From contig CBDDIJ010000003.1 of the NCBI GenBank assembly GCA_965228855.1, forward strand, positions 3,168,001 through 3,232,000: 64,000 nucleotides of DNA, in the 5' to 3' direction. Origin of the DNA: Candidatus Obscuribacterales bacterium. Lineage in GTDB: Bacteria; Cyanobacteriota; Vampirovibrionia; Obscuribacterales; Obscuribacteraceae. The stretch's first letter is position 1, and every line of letters starts with the position of its first letter. Below the pieces are notes generated by a model, which had not been told where the DNA came from, searched no databases, and saw only the letters and a list, made by a program, of their open reading frames with translations. This document shows positions 60,720-64,000 of this stretch, in pieces. The translations under genes and the position numbers were made by a program.

Positions 60720-61928
60720 TCATCCCGATTTGCTTCGAGGCAGAACAATGTCGGAATTTGAGTCCGTCATCAGTCCCGGAGCGTGTTCACCCGCTATTCG
60801 CATAAGCTTTTGACCATGCTGCTCAAGGGCCTCCCTGACGTTGTCCTGACCAAATCGAGCGTATATCGCCGTCGTCGATGGATTTTTGTGATTCAAGATT
60901 TTTCCTATGAGATGCAAGCTGTTTCCCGACTGCGCCAGCCAGGAACCGAGTGTGCGGCGCAAGTCATGCAAACGAACATCTTCCACGCCAGCCGATTTCC
61001 TGATTCGATTCCAAATCTTCTGTATATTGACCAGGTGATGCCCGCGTTTTTCCCCTGGCAACAGGTAAGGATTGTTTTCTTCCTTAGGTAAGGTGAGGAG
61101 TATTGCTAGTGCTGGCGCACTAATCGGAACATAATGAATGGTTCCGCTCTTGGTGTCGGGCAGTCTCAGTTCTTGCCTCTCCCAATCAACGTCCTCCCAT
61201 TTTGCTCGAAGCAATTCATCCCGTCGAACGCCAAGCAGAAGGTATAACCATATTGCGGTCTTGCCGAAAAAGTTAGTTTCCTGAGTGATTGCGGCGGCGA
61301 GCCGAGGCAACTCATCCTGTTTGACCCACCGGTCTCGCTTAATTTCTTTATATGGCTTTATACCTCTGGAAGGGTTCGAATGTTCGTCAGGAAGAAAGCC
61401 CCAAGTCTTAGCTAATTCGAACATTTTCGATATCTGTTCAACGAGACGATTTGCGGCATAAGGATGGTCTCGTCCAATCGAAAAGTGGAGGTGCGCCACA
61501 TCGGCCCTAGTGATTGCTCCCAGGCGACAGGTTCCAAAGGCAGGAACGAGATACTTTTCAATGCGTCGCTGGTCCTCTCGCCAAGTTTTCTTGTGCTGTT
61601 TCGCGTATCTCTCCAAATAGATTGCGCCGAACTCCCTGAAGGTAATGGTTTTTCCTTCCGTGCTTTCGAACGGGTCTTTGCGATCAATTAGCGAAGCAAG
61701 ATGTTTTCTTGCCCGATCTTTCGCTTGATCAAGAGTTAAAACACCGTATTTGCCTATCACTTTAATGTGCTGACGCCCTTGATGCCTATAAGACAGCACA
61801 AACGATTTCTTTCCTGTCGGATAGACCCGCACGCCAAAGCCAGGCAAAGCGCGATCCCAATGAATTAGTTGAGATCCCTTGTCTTTAGAGTATTCTAATT
61901 TGTCGATAATACTTTTAGTCAGAGTCAT
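60720..61928 (-). CDS. int: Tyrosine integrase, P4-like, with N-terminal arm-binding domain
   Basis: WD..LPGFGVRV.PTGKKSF arm-binding domain; catalytic residues in GVRRDEL, TKSG, HDLRRT, LNH, TTAIYA. Confidence 0.96.
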   Translation of the reverse strand: MTLTKSIIDKLEYSKDKGSQLIHWDRALPGFGVRVYPTGKKSFVLSYRHQGRQHIKVIGKYGVLTLDQAKDRARKHLASLIDRKDPFESTEGKTITFREFGAIYLERYAKQHKKTWREDQRRIEKYLVPAFGTCRLGAITRADVAHLHFSIGRDHPYAANRLVEQISKMFELAKTWGFLPDEHSNPSRGIKPYKEIKRDRWVKQDELPRLAAAITQETNFFGKTAIWLYLLLGVRRDELLRAKWEDVDWERQELRLPDTKSGTIHYVPISAPALAILLTLPKEENNPYLLPGEKRGHHLVNIQKIWNRIRKSAGVEDVRLHDLRRTLGSWLAQSGNSLHLIGKILNHKNPSTTAIYARFGQDNVREALEQHGQKLMRIAGEHAPGLMTDSNSDIVLPRSKSG

Positions 61929-62000
61929 ATGATCAAATCCACGAAACCGTTATGAATTCTCGCTCTCGAAGAGTCCTTTCAATTAAAACATTCCGCGGAG

Positions 62001-62140
62001 AGTTAGCACAAGGTTAGCAGCTCAGCTGATAGATCATGTACCTCACATGATAGAACCTGATATTTACAATTCGCCACAGTCGGCTTGTGGAGCAGTTTTG
62101 CGATAGCTCGTGATAGAAGGTGATACGCTGTGATACTGAA
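62001..62140 (+). promoter_or_regulatory. attR accessory sites: arm-type pair and phased TGATA array
   Basis: RGTTAGCA at 62001 and 62012; YGATA at 62027, 62048, 62058, 62101, 62111, 62121 and 62131. Confidence 0.65.
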
Positions 62141-62160
62141 AGATTTAGCCGAAATCAGCC

Positions 62161-62202
62161 CTACGAACCATGAGGTCGTACGTTCGAGTCGTACCGGGCA
62201 GG
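62161..62202 (+). repeat. attR: displaced 3' half of tRNA-Arg
   Basis: 38/42 identity with 43366-43407; retains an intact T arm and acceptor 3' strand. Confidence 0.93.
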
Positions 62203-62218
62203 TCCATAAAAATCAGAT

Positions 62219-62257
62219 TGACAGCTACTCTTAACGGGAGGGCTGTCATTTTTGTTT
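62219..62257 (+). terminator. Intrinsic terminator, probably the original tRNA terminator
   Basis: TGACAGC...GCTGTCA stem followed by TTTTTGTTTT. Confidence 0.75.
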
Positions 62258-62617
62258 TTGCCTTCGAAGATGGAAGGAGAATTTCAATTCAGCTTCTTGC
62301 GCGATTTGGGTAATCTTCTTCCGAAAATGGATCGGCAGGATGCGAGAAACATGAAGTGGTTAAATGACAAGGGACAGAAGGAAGCATTGAATCCGAATTG
62401 GTTGAAAGAAAAGGGCATTCCTGCCGATTGCCTGAGAGACTGGCAAGACATCGCTGATCATGTTCTTTCAGATGCTTACGCGCATGTCTCGGAACTTAAA
62501 ACAACAGCATTTCTGAGTAACTTTCATATAGAAAACTTTCCTGATTCGGCAGAGTTCGTAAAACGAAGTAAGCCGGAGTGGAAAAAAATGATCAATGCAC
62601 TGGAGGATACTAAATGA
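62252..62617 (+). CDS. Hypothetical protein, possibly a 5'-truncated fragment
   Basis: 121-aa ORF without a clear RBS; ATGA overlap with the next gene. Confidence 0.45.
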   Translation: MFLPSKMEGEFQFSFLRDLGNLLPKMDRQDARNMKWLNDKGQKEALNPNWLKEKGIPADCLRDWQDIADHVLSDAYAHVSELKTTAFLSNFHIENFPDSAEFVKRSKPEWKKMINALEDTK

Positions 62618-63102
62618 GCGAGCTCTTTCTCACAGAGGATGACTTTCCTGATCACAAAGTGTTCAAGAAGACTGAAGTCGGACTTATGATGAGCCTGTTC
62701 GACTTCAAGTCGAGAGGCGCTCGCTGTCGAGGTCTTGTCTCTTACATGTTCGATAAAGAAGGACAAATTCAGGGACTCGAGGAGTTAATTTCCCAGTTCG
62801 GTGACATTCATCAAGTTGAGGCGTTCATGCATGATGAACGGCAACAATTGAGCAGGATTGGCGAGTTTGTTTCACTTAATGTTCAGTTTGATGATGCTAT
62901 TTGTGTGATAACACATGAGTACATTCCTGAAGAAGGGAAGGATAATCTTCTGCACGTGTGGTGCACCATTCGTGATCAAATGTTTGTCGTGCGACTAATG
63001 ATTTTTGTCAGGACCGTTGGTGATGAGTTGCAGTTGTCGGTAATCAGAGATTGTATCGAAAAGGCGTTGAAGAGAGTTCAGCATCTGAAGGTTGTTGTGT
63101 GA
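62614..63102 (+). CDS. Hypothetical protein
   Basis: 162-aa acidic ORF with GGAGG RBS, coupled to the upstream ORF. Confidence 0.65.
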   Translation: MSELFLTEDDFPDHKVFKKTEVGLMMSLFDFKSRGARCRGLVSYMFDKEGQIQGLEELISQFGDIHQVEAFMHDERQQLSRIGEFVSLNVQFDDAICVITHEYIPEEGKDNLLHVWCTIRDQMFVVRLMIFVRTVGDELQLSVIRDCIEKALKRVQHLKVVV

Positions 63103-63202
63103 GTTCCTGAAAGCGTTTGTACCTGCACCTCGGTGAGGATATGCTCTCTTTCGGTGCGGGTCGGATTGCTTTGCCCTTATCAGCGTTCTGGTCGTTTGCT
63201 AT

Positions 63203-63596
63203 TTAGTTTTGGCTTAACGCACCATATGCGCTACCAAGTTGATTCAACAGTTTTTCTTCCCTTGCCTGCTAAAACTCTATGCTCTTTTTCCTAGCTTGCT
63301 CCAGTGCAACGACGTTGTCTTCCTTTTTATCTGGCTTCTCAAATCACTTCCATGCCTTGCAATGATCGATGGCGTACCCATGAAGATACTCTTTGAAGAG
63401 ATCTGTATAATGAAAATGTTCTTTCTTTCCAATTGCGGAAGTTGCCTGTTTGAAAACCCGGCTTCCCCATTATTCATCAGGGTTTAAGTTGAGTCTGGGT
63501 CTAAGTGGGGGTAGCGTTGTAGTGGAAGCCGGATTGTCTTCGACTGAAAGAAAACAAGAATGGCTAAGCAAGCAAGCTGAGAACTAATGAGTTCAT
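63203..63596 (-). pseudogene. Probable decayed gene
   Basis: Manual translation gives protein-like text broken by in-frame stops: ...LNPDE*WGSRVFK...CKAWK*FEKPDKK...IEF*QAREEKLL..., with a frameshifted signal-like start. Confidence 0.35.
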
Positions 63597-63707
63597 ACAA
63601 AAACTGTTTTTTGCGGCACGCTTTTGTCCGACTCCTAGCGGCACATTGCTCATCATCGTGCTTGGTTTAGCACAGATACCACCTACGGTACCAGAAACAG
63701 CGCTCCA

Positions 63708-64000
63708 TCAAGTGCTCTGCTCCTCGCCAGCCCGTGGTTTCTGGTCAGGCTTTTCTTCCAAGACTGTGACCCATTGCCCATCGATCATTTTCTGTTGCCG
63801 ATGATAGGTGTCGCCTGGTTTGCTCAAACCATACAGCTGCTTTGCTTTCTCATAGTCTTTCTCATCGGGCGAAACGACGAACCCGCCAGTTCCATGGCTG
63901 CCATCTGTGTCAGACATCGAAGTGTGAACACCGATAACTCCATCGTCCTGCATGTGCGCCCAGTCCCATTTCGTACCGAATGCGGACTTCATATTGGCTT
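63708..64000 (-). CDS. Hypothetical protein, probably entering from beyond the window
   Basis: ORF of at least 94 aa at the window edge. Confidence 0.55.
   Translation of the reverse strand, partial: ANMKSAFGTKWDWAHMQDDGVIGVHTSMSDTDGSHGTGGFVVSPDEKDYEKAKQLYGLSKPGDTYHRQQKMIDGQWVTVLEEKPDQKPRAGEEQST

Larger units (their letters stand above)
43366..62202. mobile_element. tRNA-Arg-integrated genomic island (satellite/IME-like) with defence cargo, ~18.8 kb
   Basis: Flanked by 42-bp tRNA 3'-half direct repeats (43366-43407 and 62161-62202; first 18 bp identical); tyrosine integrase next to attR; excisionase, helicase-like and primase genes. Confidence 0.93.

Noticed and set aside
43408..62160. Intact prophage or conjugative ICE
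   Set aside because: No capsid, portal, terminase, tail, lysis, relaxase or T4SS genes were recognised.
62161..62206. Second tRNA gene
   Set aside because: Only the 3' half from the anticodon loop is present; there is no D arm or 5' acceptor strand. It is attR.

Overview
Bacterial chromosomal window. The gene repertoire (RpoD-type sigma, type III glutamine synthetase, LpxI, many TPR/CHAT/Ser-Thr kinase proteins, VirB10-like secreted proteins) suggests a non-photosynthetic cyanobacterial relative (Vampirovibrionia/Melainabacteria-like); this is an inference. Bases 1-43,300 are mostly housekeeping and signalling genes (pgeF, SDR, rpoD, glpD, rsgA, typA, wzm/wzt, rpiA, glnN, lpxI). Bases 43,366-62,202 are an ~18.8 kb integrative element inserted in tRNA-Arg(ACG), with a visible attL/attR, candidate arm-type sites and a 10-bp-phased repeat array. 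Its right part is a satellite-like core: tyrosine integrase, unknown ORF, excisionase-type HTH, P-loop helicase-like ATPase and AEP primase, with no capsid or conjugation genes seen. Its left part is defence-like cargo: type IIG R-M enzyme, EVE protein, ApeA-type HEPN, TPR-HEPN-like fusion, HTH-GIY-YIG nuclease, degenerate DnaB C-terminal domain, C-protein-like regulator with a divergent nuclease-like gene, and a protein resembling a phage prohead protease split by a membrane-helix insert. A (GGGGA)8 tract lies just after the primase. All family calls come from motif recognition by eye; no database search was run.
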